Assembly (NCBI GenBank): GCA_963730935.1
Contig: CAVSTP010000002.1
Span: 864,001 to 928,000, forward strand
Direction of reading: 5' to 3'
Length of the DNA: 64,000 nt
Source: an uncultured Nitrospiraceae bacterium
GTDB lineage: Bacteria > Nitrospirota > Nitrospiria > Nitrospirales > Nitrospiraceae
Shown: positions 41,019 to 51,981 of the stretch, in pieces
Numbering within the stretch: position 1 is the stretch's first letter
How the letters are laid out: every line of letters begins with the position of its first letter
The notes under the pieces: model-generated
Database searches by the model: none
What the model was told of the DNA's origin: nothing
What the model saw: only the letters and a program-made list of their open reading frames with translations
Translations under genes and position numbers: made by a program

Positions 41019-43031
41019 TTACTCCAAGAAATTGCGCGGAGGACTGGCCACACCATTCCGACCAACGGCTGGTACTTCTACTTGCGCATCTGTCGCCGTA
41101 GGAGTTCCATTACTATTACCACTGCTGGTCACACCACTTTGATTACCAGGATGTCCATTGGGAATGAACAATTGCGGGTGATCAAAGGGTGCTTGCTCGT
41201 GCAAGACTCGCGGATCAGTTAATCCGTTTCTCATGAAGATAACCAAATCGGCTTGTTTCTCGTTAGATAAGCCCAACGGATCAGCTGATGAATTAAAATC
41301 TCGACCACGATTGTAAAATTGTACGACCTCCTCCAGCGTTGCCATCCCACCATTATGGAAGTATGGAGCGGTCAAGGCGATGTTGCGTAAGTGAGGTATT
41401 TTAAATCTTGCGGTACTGTCGGTTCCTCCTCCTAGATCCTCCAAAGCGGGCCTCACACCGTAGTTCGCCTGAAAGCCATTCGCGAACGCATTAATTAGTG
41501 GATTACCAGAATCAGTTGATGTTACGCCCGCAGTTCTTCTTACAGAAGCCTTGGTGAATTCTGGAATCGTGTGGCAGCTGTTGCAGTTCCCTCCGCCATT
41601 GGCGACATTATTGACAAACACCGTCAGGCCCCTAATCTCTTGCGGAGAGAGGGCACTAGTATCACCCGCCTGGAATCTGTCAAACGGTGTTTGGTCCGAC
41701 ACGAGCGTAGACAGATACTTTTGAATGGCTAAGCCGGCAAACAACGAGAAGTTCCACTGCCTGAGCTCATATTGATTTGTAGGCGAAGGCTGGACGACCG
41801 CGCGGTTACCCAAGATTGTGTGAGTTCCATCAGAATTAACCTGAATGATTTTGTTTGAATTCCACCATTCTGGCTTGAAGCTCTGTTTGATCAGAATATC
41901 GTAGCTTGGTGTCATCAGACCAGGCTGCGGCGATCTGCTATCAGCCCCTAAAACACCGTCTTCAGGATGTACCCGTTGTTTCGCAAGGGGTCTCAGGGTC
42001 ATGAGTTTTGCCCCTCCTTTCCGAAGGAACTTGCTGCCGATTTCTCGGTGAGTACGGCCATCGGCGGACATTTCAAATATGCTTAACTGCGGCCCAGTAA
42101 CGAGGGAAGCAAGAGAGGAATTGTTGAGCCCAATTTGAACTTGGGTGAGTGTGTTCGCATTGGGTGCCCGGTAAACAAACGCTGTTGTGTCGGCTGCGCC
42201 CTGTATATTCACCCCGTTGAAGGTTTCCTTAGCGCGACCATCCCAAAACTGCAGTTTGTTGAAAATCGCATCGAATACCGTTGGAGCATTCCGCGGCTCA
42301 ACTCGGCGTATATTGATTCCATTGATACTGAAACCGTCCTGATCGGGCATGGATTGAACATTATCCGCTGCTTGACCCGGAACGGTGCTGATCAGCACGG
42401 AATAAAATACACCCTGGGATGAGGCGACATCGTTCGTATCCGACAGGAGCGTACTCGGCCCGGCTGGGCACTGTGAACTCACTGGCGCATCGACGCGACA
42501 GTTCGGATTTGAAAGCTTCCGAAACGGGAAATCGGCGGCGGTGAGTTGATAATTCGGCCCACCTCCCACTAATGAGGAAAATGACTTATCTTGCGGCGAT
42601 GCTAAAAGGCCCGGGCTAATCTGATTCTTCGATCTGTTATCAGCTCCGGCATGAAAGTGACAACTTGCACAGGATTGCATGCCGTCGCTGCCGAGTTGCA
42701 TGTCCCAAAACAGAGCCTTCCCTAGCTTCAGTAGGGCTGTTTCGTCTTTAACAAAGTCACTGAGATTGGCGGGTGGCGCCACCGCCGTAAGGCGTGGCGG
42801 TGGGGATGATGCAGTAGGATCTGCCGCGGTTGCCGGCGGCTTACTTGTTATGGCATCGAGTGGGGCTGGATTCTCAGCTGGTCCCGCCAATATGAGACTT
42901 CCACCTACGATTGGTGACACGAAGATAAGAACTTCCAGCAAGCGCACGACCCTTTTCAAGGGCAAACTTTCTTCAAATCTTGAGCAAACACGTCTGCACG
43001 TGCCAAACAACCCTGCTAATCGAGTATTCAT
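41019..43031 (-). CDS. Di-haem cytochrome c peroxidase/MauG-family protein (long form)
   Basis: LGKALFWD, CASCH, RNAPT, QFWDGRA, CNSCH, FKIPHLRNIALTAPYFHNG. Confidence 0.88.
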   Translation of the reverse strand: MNTRLAGLFGTCRRVCSRFEESLPLKRVVRLLEVLIFVSPIVGGSLILAGPAENPAPLDAITSKPPATAADPTASSPPPRLTAVAPPANLSDFVKDETALLKLGKALFWDMQLGSDGMQSCASCHFHAGADNRSKNQISPGLLASPQDKSFSSLVGGGPNYQLTAADFPFRKLSNPNCRVDAPVSSQCPAGPSTLLSDTNDVASSQGVFYSVLISTVPGQAADNVQSMPDQDGFSINGINIRRVEPRNAPTVFDAIFNKLQFWDGRAKETFNGVNIQGAADTTAFVYRAPNANTLTQVQIGLNNSSLASLVTGPQLSIFEMSADGRTHREIGSKFLRKGGAKLMTLRPLAKQRVHPEDGVLGADSRSPQPGLMTPSYDILIKQSFKPEWWNSNKIIQVNSDGTHTILGNRAVVQPSPTNQYELRQWNFSLFAGLAIQKYLSTLVSDQTPFDRFQAGDTSALSPQEIRGLTVFVNNVANGGGNCNSCHTIPEFTKASVRRTAGVTSTDSGNPLINAFANGFQANYGVRPALEDLGGGTDSTARFKIPHLRNIALTAPYFHNGGMATLEEVVQFYNRGRDFNSSADPLGLSNEKQADLVIFMRNGLTDPRVLHEQAPFDHPQLFIPNGHPGNQSGVTSSGNSNGTPTATDAQVEVPAVGRNGVASPPRNFLE

Positions 43032-43674
43032 AGCACCCCCTCTATGTGTTAGAGCTCAGCATGCTCGTACTCATAAGCCGAGTAGACACTAGGGATCGCG
43101 ATAACTGACGACACCGCATTGGGGGTAACCCCATTGGCGTCCGAAAGGCTAAAGTGAAGCTTGACGCACTCTTCTCAAGCTTTTAAGAAAACCGAGGAAC
43201 TACGAGGTGCGATCTGCAGCTTGGAAGAGAGGACGCAGCAGAGGGGGGTCCGTCTGGGATGGACTGGAAGTATAACGATGTATTTCGTTCCGCCTAGACA
43301 TGGGCTGTTAGTAAGCCGAGAAGCAAAATATAGATAGTTATTTTGTGCGATACTGGGGAAAGCCCTGGTTATGGCTTCTCCGAGCCCTTAAGATGATTTC
43401 CTGATCTAGCATAATCACTAGGCGAGGCGATGGGAGCCGTATATGGCCACCCGTCATGCCTTCGAACCCCCCGTGATTATCGCTGGGTTTGCTGACGTTC
43501 CACACGACTCCGTCCATCTGCTTCCCCGTTGCACCGGATTGCAGAATCCGCGTCAAGGACTCGATGTGAGGTGGGAGATCTCTTGAAAAGTCGAGGGGGG
43601 GATGCCCTTTGAAAGTGGCAGGTGAGCCATCCCCGCGTCGTTAGTGACTAGAAGTGTGGTTGGAACGGGCCTTC

Positions 43675-44361
43675 TCACGCCGACGCTGTGAGTTCCACCA
43701 GGCCATACTGGTGTGCGCAGATGAGCAGTTTCTGCCGATTGGAGACGCCCAGTTTGTCGAAAATGCTGGTAAGGTGGTGGCGCACAGTCGTTTCCGAAAT
43801 ACACAGACTGTTGGCGATATCGCGGTTCGACAATCCTTTCCCAAGCAGGCCAATCACTTCTCGCTCCCGGTCCGTCAATGCATCAGTGCATCGCGTTGGA
43901 TCAGCCACTGCTTTACGCTTGTCGACTTTATTGGTGATAGGGGGTTGGTTCGATGTAGCTCTCAGCGCGACGGCCAGACCCTTCCCCACACACTCAACAG
44001 TAGCCAAAAGCACTCCGGGCTGTTGACATTTCATGACGATTTCGTCGGCCCCGGCAGCCAGCGCTTGACGGGCACGATCCATTTCATCCCACCCGCTCAG
44101 TACGATAATCCGACATAGCGGGTCTTTTTGCCGAAGGGTATTGATCGCTTCCACAGATTTTAGATCCGACTCAATATCCACAAGAATCACATCCGGTCGT
44201 TGCTGCGCTATGAGATTGCATGCAGAGCTGCCCCCAGAGGACTCTCCGACCACCACAATGCCGACATGTTCTTCAAAAAGTCGGCGCAATCCCAGGAGCA
44301 GTAAAATGTTGTTGCTCACGATTGCAACTTTAAGAACAGGAATTCTCTGCTCTAACGTCAT
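43675..44361 (-). CDS. NarL/LuxR-family response regulator
   Basis: Receiver (ILVD) and LTDREREV...ISETTVRHHL. Confidence 0.9.
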   Translation of the reverse strand: MTLEQRIPVLKVAIVSNNILLLLGLRRLFEEHVGIVVVGESSGGSSACNLIAQQRPDVILVDIESDLKSVEAINTLRQKDPLCRIIVLSGWDEMDRARQALAAGADEIVMKCQQPGVLLATVECVGKGLAVALRATSNQPPITNKVDKRKAVADPTRCTDALTDREREVIGLLGKGLSNRDIANSLCISETTVRHHLTSIFDKLGVSNRQKLLICAHQYGLVELTASA

Positions 44362-44540
44362 AACAAATACCCCGCATTAAATAACGTATGACTGATGGCC
44401 TAGGTAATTATGCAGATGCACTCCAATAGACGACGAGAGTTTTGCACAGGGGACGAATGCTACACAATGACCCCCTACGTAAGAAGGGGGCGATAAAGCC
44501 TGTTGAAATGTGGCTTTTCAGGAATATGCCGCACTTAGGA

Positions 44541-44967
44541 AGGCCAGTTTATCTCCCTTATTGTGTAGCCAAGCATGCTCCTGGTCCGTGCTTGGTCCGG
44601 TTCCCACCGACAGCGTTCTCCTACGTAGTGCGTCCTCCAGAATTCGCAAGTGGAGCCACCTTTTACAGGGCACGGTCCAAGAAATCGCACAGGCTTGATT
44701 ATTATTGTGCAGGCCTCATTTTTCGCCCTGATGGTAACCCTAGTTTCACCAATTATTGCCGCTATGCCTTCACACAGATCCTGCTGTACTGAGTGCTACG
44801 CACAACGTGTCATTCCTGCGTTGCGAGAGAGTTACGTTGATGTTATATCTGGCCGCGGACTTCTTAACTTAATAAAGGTCAGTTTATCTCCCACATTGTG
44901 CAGCCAAACATGTTACCGGTCCGTGCTTGGGCCGGTTCCCACCGGCAGGATTCTCCTACGTAGTTCG
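44541..44967 (+). repeat. 92-bp direct repeat pair (44541-44632 and 44876-44967)
   Basis: 79/92 identical by hand alignment. Confidence 0.9.
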
Positions 44968-45167
44968 CTTTCCGAACCCGGGAAAAAAGCATAAAGCTCC
45001 GATGTAGAACTTGCCTTTCCTATGTATAAGTTTCTCCGCGCTTGTATAAGTTTCCCCGCGCTCGATGTACTCACTCGATGTACTCACATGGGACTGAGAC
45101 GGCGAAGCTATATCTTTCCTTTGAACCTTTTCACTTTGAAACCATTATGGCAAGAAGGAGTGCGGCA

Positions 45168-45680
45168 ATGTCGCATAAGGTGAACACTTCATTGCCTTAC
45201 TGGTTCGCGCTTCGCACTCGTTCACGGCACGAAAAGGTCGTGCGAGATCGTCTTGAGGGAAATGGGTTCGAGCAGTTTCTTCCCCTCACAAGAACGCTGA
45301 GGCGATGGTCGGATCGCAATACATGGACGCAGTTCCCTCTATTTTCAGGTTATTGTTTCGCCCGATTTGCGTTGCACTCACGATTGGACGTTCTGCGGAT
45401 TCCGGGCATCATCAACATCGTGGGAATCGAGGGACCCGAACCGATTCCTGAAAAAGAACTGGACGCGTTGAAAACCGTTTCCAACAGTCAACGCGCCTGC
45501 GATTCGCACGACTATCTGAATGAGGGGACATGGGTCGAAGTTGTGCGGGGTCCGCTCACCGGAATACGAGGGCAATTCATAAGAAAAGCAGGTCAGGATT
45601 GTATCGTGCTTCGTGTTCAACTCCTCCAGCAGGCGGCAGCTGTTCACATTGATGCAAGTGAAGTAGTTAGGGTCGGCTGA
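45168..45680 (+). CDS. UpxY/NusG-family transcription antiterminator
   Basis: WFALRTRSRHEK, PLFSGYCF, KOW VVRGPLTG; first gene of the EPS locus. Confidence 0.9.
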   Translation: MSHKVNTSLPYWFALRTRSRHEKVVRDRLEGNGFEQFLPLTRTLRRWSDRNTWTQFPLFSGYCFARFALHSRLDVLRIPGIINIVGIEGPEPIPEKELDALKTVSNSQRACDSHDYLNEGTWVEVVRGPLTGIRGQFIRKAGQDCIVLRVQLLQQAAAVHIDASEVVRVG

Positions 45681-45765
45681 TTGGAGGTTCTTGTCTTATT
45701 TGTCACTTCTCGAACTAACCGAGCGATCTGTCACCGCACAAGCAGTGAAGAAGAGGCCGGTTCGA

Positions 45766-46038
45766 ATGATGCGATTCTCAGAGAACGAGAGAAAGAAGAT
45801 TCTGCAGGAAGGTCACGATCGCGGTGGAGTGAAAAAGGTTTGCGAGCGCAACGGCATTTCGATCAGGACCTATTACCGCTGGCAAGCCATGTTTGCCCAG
45901 CAGGAAGAGACGCGCATGGCAGAGATTCGAGCCTTACAGCAGCAAAATCACCGACTAAAAGAAAAGTTCGCTGAGCTGTCCCTTGATTATCAAGCTCTCC
46001 GGGCTGCCTTGATTGCTGATGTGAAATGCGAATGTTGA
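45766..46038 (+). CDS. IS3 OrfA-like HTH/leucine-zipper protein with no OrfB
   Basis: FSENERKKIL...VCERNGISIRTYYRW...LQQQNHRLKEKFAELSLD. Confidence 0.7.
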   Translation: MMRFSENERKKILQEGHDRGGVKKVCERNGISIRTYYRWQAMFAQQEETRMAEIRALQQQNHRLKEKFAELSLDYQALRAALIADVKCEC

Positions 46039-46234
46039 TTGAGGCTCTCGGTGCATGAAAGCGCGAAAAACCTTTCGTGTTTGAAGACCGAGACTCCACA
46101 CTCGAGCAATTCAAATACAACGCCAGCACGGCGATGGTCGCGGTGCAGGTCTTCGAATGAGTCTTCGAGATTCCTAGCCCTCTAACCCCCGATCCATACA
46201 AATAGTCATTCATTGAGCGCAGGAGACTGAAAAG

Positions 46235-48460
46235 ATGAATCAGTATAGAAACAGCCTGGCATCATTACAGGTTAGCGGTGCCGACAGAACCGACAATACC
46301 ACCGCAGAGTATCTGAGCTTCTGCTGGCGGCGCCGGTGGCTGATCGTTGTCCTCGCCACGGGCGCCGCGACCATCTCGGCGGCATGGTCTTATATGCAGA
46401 CGCCGATCTACCAATCCAAGGCGACGGTGGTCATTGAGCAACAGGGGCCAGGGGCCCTAGAGAGGGACAAGAGCTATTACTGGGATGTCACCCCTGAATA
46501 TTTCCAAACGCATTTTGAATTGATGAAAAGCCATCGAGTGCTCCAGCAAACGGCACGGCTTCTCGATTTGCCGCAGAGAGCGGATTATCGGCCCCAACCA
46601 TCCAAGACCGCGGAGTGGCTTTCCAACTCTCTGCCGGAATTCCTCCGTGCAAGATGGATCAGCACCGCGAACGATCCCGCACCCTCTCCGGAAGAGACCG
46701 AAGACCGGATGTTGAAGCAGTTCAGTCAGCGGATCGAAATCATGCCGATTCGAGGGGCACGGCTGGCCCACATTCTTGTCAATTCGAAAGACCCCAAGTT
46801 TGCCGCGGAGGCCGCCAATACCTTGGCAACCGTCTACATCCAGAGCACACAGGAGTTGAACTCGTCTTCCAAAGAGAAGGCGTCGAAGTGGTTTACCGCC
46901 CAGTTGGACGAATTGCGCAACAGAGTGGAGCTCTCCAAGCGGGCGTTGTATGCCTTTCGGGCGAAGCACGGGCTCCTGCAAGGACAGCAGGGTCAGGCCG
47001 TGGCAGGCCAGAAGCTCACCGAATTGAATTCCGAGTTGTTGAGGGCGGAAATGAGGAAGGCCGAGACCTTCTCTCGTTTCAATGAAGTTCAATCGGTTCT
47101 GCGTAAGCGTGACGAACAGGGGGTGGATGACTGGTCCAATCTGGATGCGTCCACGGAAGTGTTGGCCTCACCGCTGATTCAGACGCTGCGGGCTCAGGAA
47201 ATCAGAGTCTCAGGGCAGGTCGCAGAACTTTCGGACAAGTACGGCCCGCTCCATCCGAAGATGGCGCGCGTGAAAGCCGAGTTGCAGGATCTCAGCGAGC
47301 GCATTCGCCGCGAAGTGCAGAAAATCTACGATTCGGTCAAGCGCGAGTACGATGTAGCGGTGGCTCGTGAACGCGCCATCAAAGAGGCGCTGCACCGCCA
47401 CAACCAGGAAAAGCTCAATCTGGAGCAGTACGAAATCGAACACGGCATATTGGAGGGGGAAACTCAAAGCAACCAACAGCTATACGACATCTTTCTGAAG
47501 GTGGCCAAAGAAACGGACGTGTCCTCGGGGATCAGGCCGAGCAATGTGTATCTGGCCGATCCTGCCGTATCGAGCGTGATTCCGGTGAAGCCAAGGAAAA
47601 TGCTGAATACGATTATGGGTTTCCTGTTGGGATTGATGACCGGTGTCGGCCTAGCCTTGGTGCTCGAGTGGCGGGACCGCAGTCTCAAAGGACCCGACGA
47701 TCTGGAGCACTATCTGCCGCAAGTCTCCTTGCTGGGGATGCTGCCGCTGATGCCCAATAGGGAGGTGGCAAACGGGGCGTTGCACTTGCCATCGGCTACG
47801 AATCCGTCGAGTCCCTTCACCGAAAGCGTTCGTGCGATCCGCACGAGTCTTTTGCTGTCGAGCCCCGACGAATTGCCGTTGTCCGTGCTGATTACGAGCC
47901 CAGGCGAAAGCGAAGGAAAAACGACGCTCGCGGTGAGCCTTGTGGTGGCGATGGCGCAATTAGAGCATGCCCGGGTGATTCTCATTGATGCGGACCTACG
48001 CAAGGCCGTGGCGCATTCGATCTTCGACGTTCAGACGAATAATGGCCGACCGCCAGGCCTGGCGGATTATCTGGAGGGAAGGGCCAGTAAAGAAGATATC
48101 GTCTATCCGACGAACATTCCCAATCTTTCCGTGATCCCACGCGGAAAACGAGCGCCCAACCCCTCCGAGCTGCTCCATTCGAAACGAATGGGCGAACTGC
48201 TCCGGTGGTATCGTCAAGAAGGTATTCAGGTCATCGTGGACGCTCCTCCGGTCTTGGCCTTCACGGATTCGGTCGTGCTGGCCACGCAGGTGGACGGAGT
48301 GCTGCTCGTGGTCAGCGCCGGTCAAACAACGCGGGAAGCCTGTCGGTTGACCGTTCAGCGCCTGGCCGATTCCAAGAGCAAGCTGCTCGGATGCGTGATG
48401 CAAAAAGCGCGTCCGATCGATGTCCCCTACTACGCCAGAGCCTACTACAAGCGCCAATGA
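46235..48460 (+). CDS. Wzc-type polysaccharide co-polymerase / tyrosine autokinase
   Basis: Wzz domain, ITSPGESEGKTT, IDADLRK, VDAPP, Tyr-rich tail. Confidence 0.93.
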   Translation: MNQYRNSLASLQVSGADRTDNTTAEYLSFCWRRRWLIVVLATGAATISAAWSYMQTPIYQSKATVVIEQQGPGALERDKSYYWDVTPEYFQTHFELMKSHRVLQQTARLLDLPQRADYRPQPSKTAEWLSNSLPEFLRARWISTANDPAPSPEETEDRMLKQFSQRIEIMPIRGARLAHILVNSKDPKFAAEAANTLATVYIQSTQELNSSSKEKASKWFTAQLDELRNRVELSKRALYAFRAKHGLLQGQQGQAVAGQKLTELNSELLRAEMRKAETFSRFNEVQSVLRKRDEQGVDDWSNLDASTEVLASPLIQTLRAQEIRVSGQVAELSDKYGPLHPKMARVKAELQDLSERIRREVQKIYDSVKREYDVAVARERAIKEALHRHNQEKLNLEQYEIEHGILEGETQSNQQLYDIFLKVAKETDVSSGIRPSNVYLADPAVSSVIPVKPRKMLNTIMGFLLGLMTGVGLALVLEWRDRSLKGPDDLEHYLPQVSLLGMLPLMPNREVANGALHLPSATNPSSPFTESVRAIRTSLLLSSPDELPLSVLITSPGESEGKTTLAVSLVVAMAQLEHARVILIDADLRKAVAHSIFDVQTNNGRPPGLADYLEGRASKEDIVYPTNIPNLSVIPRGKRAPNPSELLHSKRMGELLRWYRQEGIQVIVDAPPVLAFTDSVVLATQVDGVLLVVSAGQTTREACRLTVQRLADSKSKLLGCVMQKARPIDVPYYARAYYKRQ

Positions 48461-48539
48461 CGGCGAAGCAATAGATCAATCATTGTCCGCCTGAACGGAA
48501 CAGACAGGATCCGTGTGAGCAAACCCAGAGAGTCCTTTC

Positions 48540-49989
48540 ATGAACGGTCGGTTCCGGACATCTCGCCGCTGAAACCGGTAAATAATGCCATTCAGATGGG
48601 ATGGCGGTGGTGGAGTACTGGCAGGAACGATCGGTCAATCGTCGCATCTTCGCGGCGATGGTTACCGTCGGAAGTTTGACCGTTCTGGTTAAGCTTGTCG
48701 CGGCTCCAAGGAATTGGTCATTGCCTATCGGTTCGGTACAAGCGACGTCTTGGATGCGTTTCTAATCGGCGTTGCTCCTGCCGCAATTCGCAACTGAGCT
48801 AATAGGGGGAGCGCTGAACGGGGCATTAATTCCCACCTACGTTCAGGTTCGTGAACACGAAGGGCAAGTGGCTGCTCAGCGCCTATTCTCGGGCATCATG
48901 GTGGGAGCCGTTTGGCTCTACAGGATCGAGGGCTAGGTCGGCCTGTTGGGTCCTTTCATCCTGCCGGTCTCTGGCGTCCGGATTTCATCCCGAGAAGTTG
49001 GCGCTGACCAGGCAGCTGTATTTCCTCTTATTGCCGAGTACTATTGTTGGCGGAATAGCGGCACATATGGAGCGCGATTCTGAACGCCGGCGAGCGATTC
49101 GCATTGGTGGCCGTTAATTCCTATAGTGACGCCGTTTCTTACAGTGTGTCCTGCTTGATAGCGGTCAGCAGGATGGAATATTTGTTCTTGCGCTGCGACG
49201 GTGATGGGATTAGCGTTGGAAGCTGGCCTCTTAGGGTGGGAACTCAGGAGGCGAGGTATTGCACTGATCCCCCGCTGGTATGGCAAAGCCCGGCGTAAGA
49301 CAGGTACTATCGGCAATATATCCCACGTGGCGGCATCCTTTCTTGATGGGCAGCACGACGTTGTGGCTCAGTCCGTGGCGGCCAGGCTTGGACCGGGAAG
49401 CGTATCGGTATTGGCATACGGCAGCAAAGCCACAACACTACTCCTGGGAGTCGGCTCGGTTGCGGTCAGCACAGCGGTTTTGCCACATTTCTCTCGGATG
49501 GTTGCCATTGGGCGACTCGGTCGGCGTGCGCCATACGTTAAAAACCTATTCCCAGACTGATACTCCTGGTGACGCTCCCGCTGACTGCCGTCCTCATCTA
49601 TTATTCGGAACCCATAGTCAGAATCTTCTTACAGCGAGGCGCCTTCACCGCAAGCTGATACTTACCTGGTAGGGCAAGTCCAAGCAATTTATCTCCTGCA
49701 AGTTCCGCTCTATGTGCTCTGTATCTTAAGTGTGAGGTTGATCTCTTCGTTTAGGGCCAGCCATCTATTGCTGTTGGGAACCATCATCAACTTGATCGTG
49801 GGCATCGTCTTTACTTATTTATTTGCGGAGTGGTTTCAGGTAGTAGGTATAGCCTTGCCATCAGCCTCATGTATCTCATTTCTACGATCTATTTCCTGTC
49901 CACCGCAATGCGCCTGGTAAGCAAGCCGTCGGTCTCTCCTCGAACAATTTAACGGAGATATCGGGCAAATCGAACCAAACATATCCTGA
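48540..49989 (+). pseudogene. MurJ/MviN-like flippase with multiple frameshifts (bounds approximate)
   Basis: KELVIAYRFGTSDVLDAFL; LGPGSVSVLAYGSK; STAVLPHFS; LQRGAF, in different frames. Confidence 0.75.
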
Positions 49990-50008
49990 AGCTGGCACGC
50001 TAGAGCGC

Positions 50009-51140
50009 ATGACATCCACAACAATCGAATTCATGCGGATCACGCTAATTATTTCTACACTCGGGGCGGGAGGCGCCGAACGGACGATGTCCCTCATGGC
50101 AAACTATTGGGTGCCGCATGGCCGGAACGTCACGCTTATGACCCTAGCTCCACAGAGGCAGATTGGTATGGACTGGATCCGCGGGTCAAGCGAGTTGGAT
50201 TGGGCCTCATGGAATTCCTGTGCACTTCGTTGTAGCGTGTGGAAAATAGCCTCCAAAGAGTGGAGGTCTGCGTCAAGAAATCGAAGGTCCCGGCCGGATG
50301 TCGTTATTAGCTTCGTGGAAAAGACAAATGTGTATGGCCCTGGCGAGCAGCTTGGGACTGAGGAGGCCCGTTATCACGTCAGAGCGAATAGACCCCCGCC
50401 AATATTGTGACTGGCTTTGTCTGGGAGAGAATGCGGCGACTGATGTACCCCGGGCAGCCGCGTCGTGATGCAACCACATGACGTTACGTCATTGGGTGAG
50501 CGCATGGTGAGGGAGAGAGTCTATGTCATACCTAGCCCAGTCATGCCCGATAAGGATACGGAGCAGACGATCCTCATGGTGCCTAGGGGTTCAGCACGGC
50601 AGTAGCCGCTATGGGACGCTTGAAACGACAGAAGGGGTTTGATCTACTGCTGCAGGCTTTCGCCCGTGTTCGAAGCAAGCATGAAATTGGTCCTTGTTGA
50701 TACTTGGAGAAGGTGAGGAGCGGCATGTTTAGAAGCATTGGTGAGGGAGTTGGGCCTTAAAGATCGTGTGGCTATGCCAGGGCTGAGTACAAGATCCCTC
50801 CCAGATCCTTCGTCGGGCAGATCTCTTTGTCTTGTCCTCGCGATATGAAGGATTTCCGAATGCTCTTCTGGAGGCGATGGCTTGCAATTGCCGGTGATTC
50901 AGCACTGACTGTCCCAGCGGGCCGCGGGACATCGTGCGAAACGGCGTTAACGCAGTTCTCATTCCTGCCAATGATGTGAATGCCTTAGCCAGATCCATGG
51001 ATTGCTTGATGGGAGATGAAACGGAGCGTCAGCGTCTTGGCGCCAATGCAGTGAGAGGTTACCGAACGGTTCAGCCTCGAAAAAATCATGAACATGTGGG
51101 ACAAGGTATTAACCCGTATATGTGGTCAAGCCGAACACAT
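50009..51140 (+). pseudogene. GT4 glycosyltransferase, frameshifted
   Basis: [32 protein letters not shown]. Confidence 0.8.
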
Positions 51141-51971
51141 GAGTGAACGGGTCATACAACTGAGGGTCGAAGATCGGCGGTTTGCGTTCGGAGCGAACTG
51201 GAGCCGGTATCTGGAAATCCTGAATGACATCCGCATACAGAATGCGGAAGAATCGCTGAAGCAGATGCTGAAAATTGCAACATTACATGACAAGACATTC
51301 CTAGATATCGGCTCCGGTAGTGGTCTTTTTAGTCTAGCGGCCCGGCGGTTAGGCGCACTGTGTTCGCTCCTTTGATTACGACCCGAAATCGGTTGCATGC
51401 GCGGTGGAGTTGAAGGCTCGGTATTTTCCAGGACGATGGCCAATTGGACGATTGAACAAGGGTCGGTGTTGGATGAAAAATACGTCCATTATCTGGGGAA
51501 ATTCGACGTAGTGTATTCATGGGGTGTTCTCCAACATTCGTGACAATGTGCCCCGCTCTCGTAAAACTCTGCGTACCGTTTCGCCTTGTGGGCTGTTGTC
51601 TGCCTCGATTTACGATGATCAAGGGCGGCCGAGCCAGTTAACTGTAAGAAGGTGAAGAACCTTTACAATCAACTGCCGAGCGGACTAGAATAAATTGTCC
51701 TAGCACCCGCCTTCTTACGTCTTTGGGGACCAACCACCATCCGCGATTGCCTATGCGGGAAGGCCATTTCACACGTGGCGCAACGATTTTCTCAATCGTG
51801 GGATGTCCCCATGGCGAGATATTGTTGATTGGGTCGGCGGCTATCCGTTTGAGGTGGCCAAACCCGAACAGGTCTTTGAGTTCTATCGAGATACAGGTTT
51901 TAATGCTTATGACTCTTAAGACAGACGGTGGTCGTGGATGCAATGAATTTATATTTAAGAAAGATGAATAG
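51139..51971 (+). pseudogene. Class I SAM methyltransferase, frameshifted
   Basis: RFAFGANW, FLDIGSGSG, FDVVYSWGVL, GCNEFIF. Confidence 0.8.
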
Positions 51972-51981
51972 GGACGAGCCA

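Noticed and set aside
43090..43160. Riboswitch upstream of the peroxidase gene
   Set aside because: Hairpins are present but match no consensus I can recognise
44541..45086. Repeats as a CRISPR array
   Set aside because: Only two copies of each unit, no spacer periodicity, no cas genes
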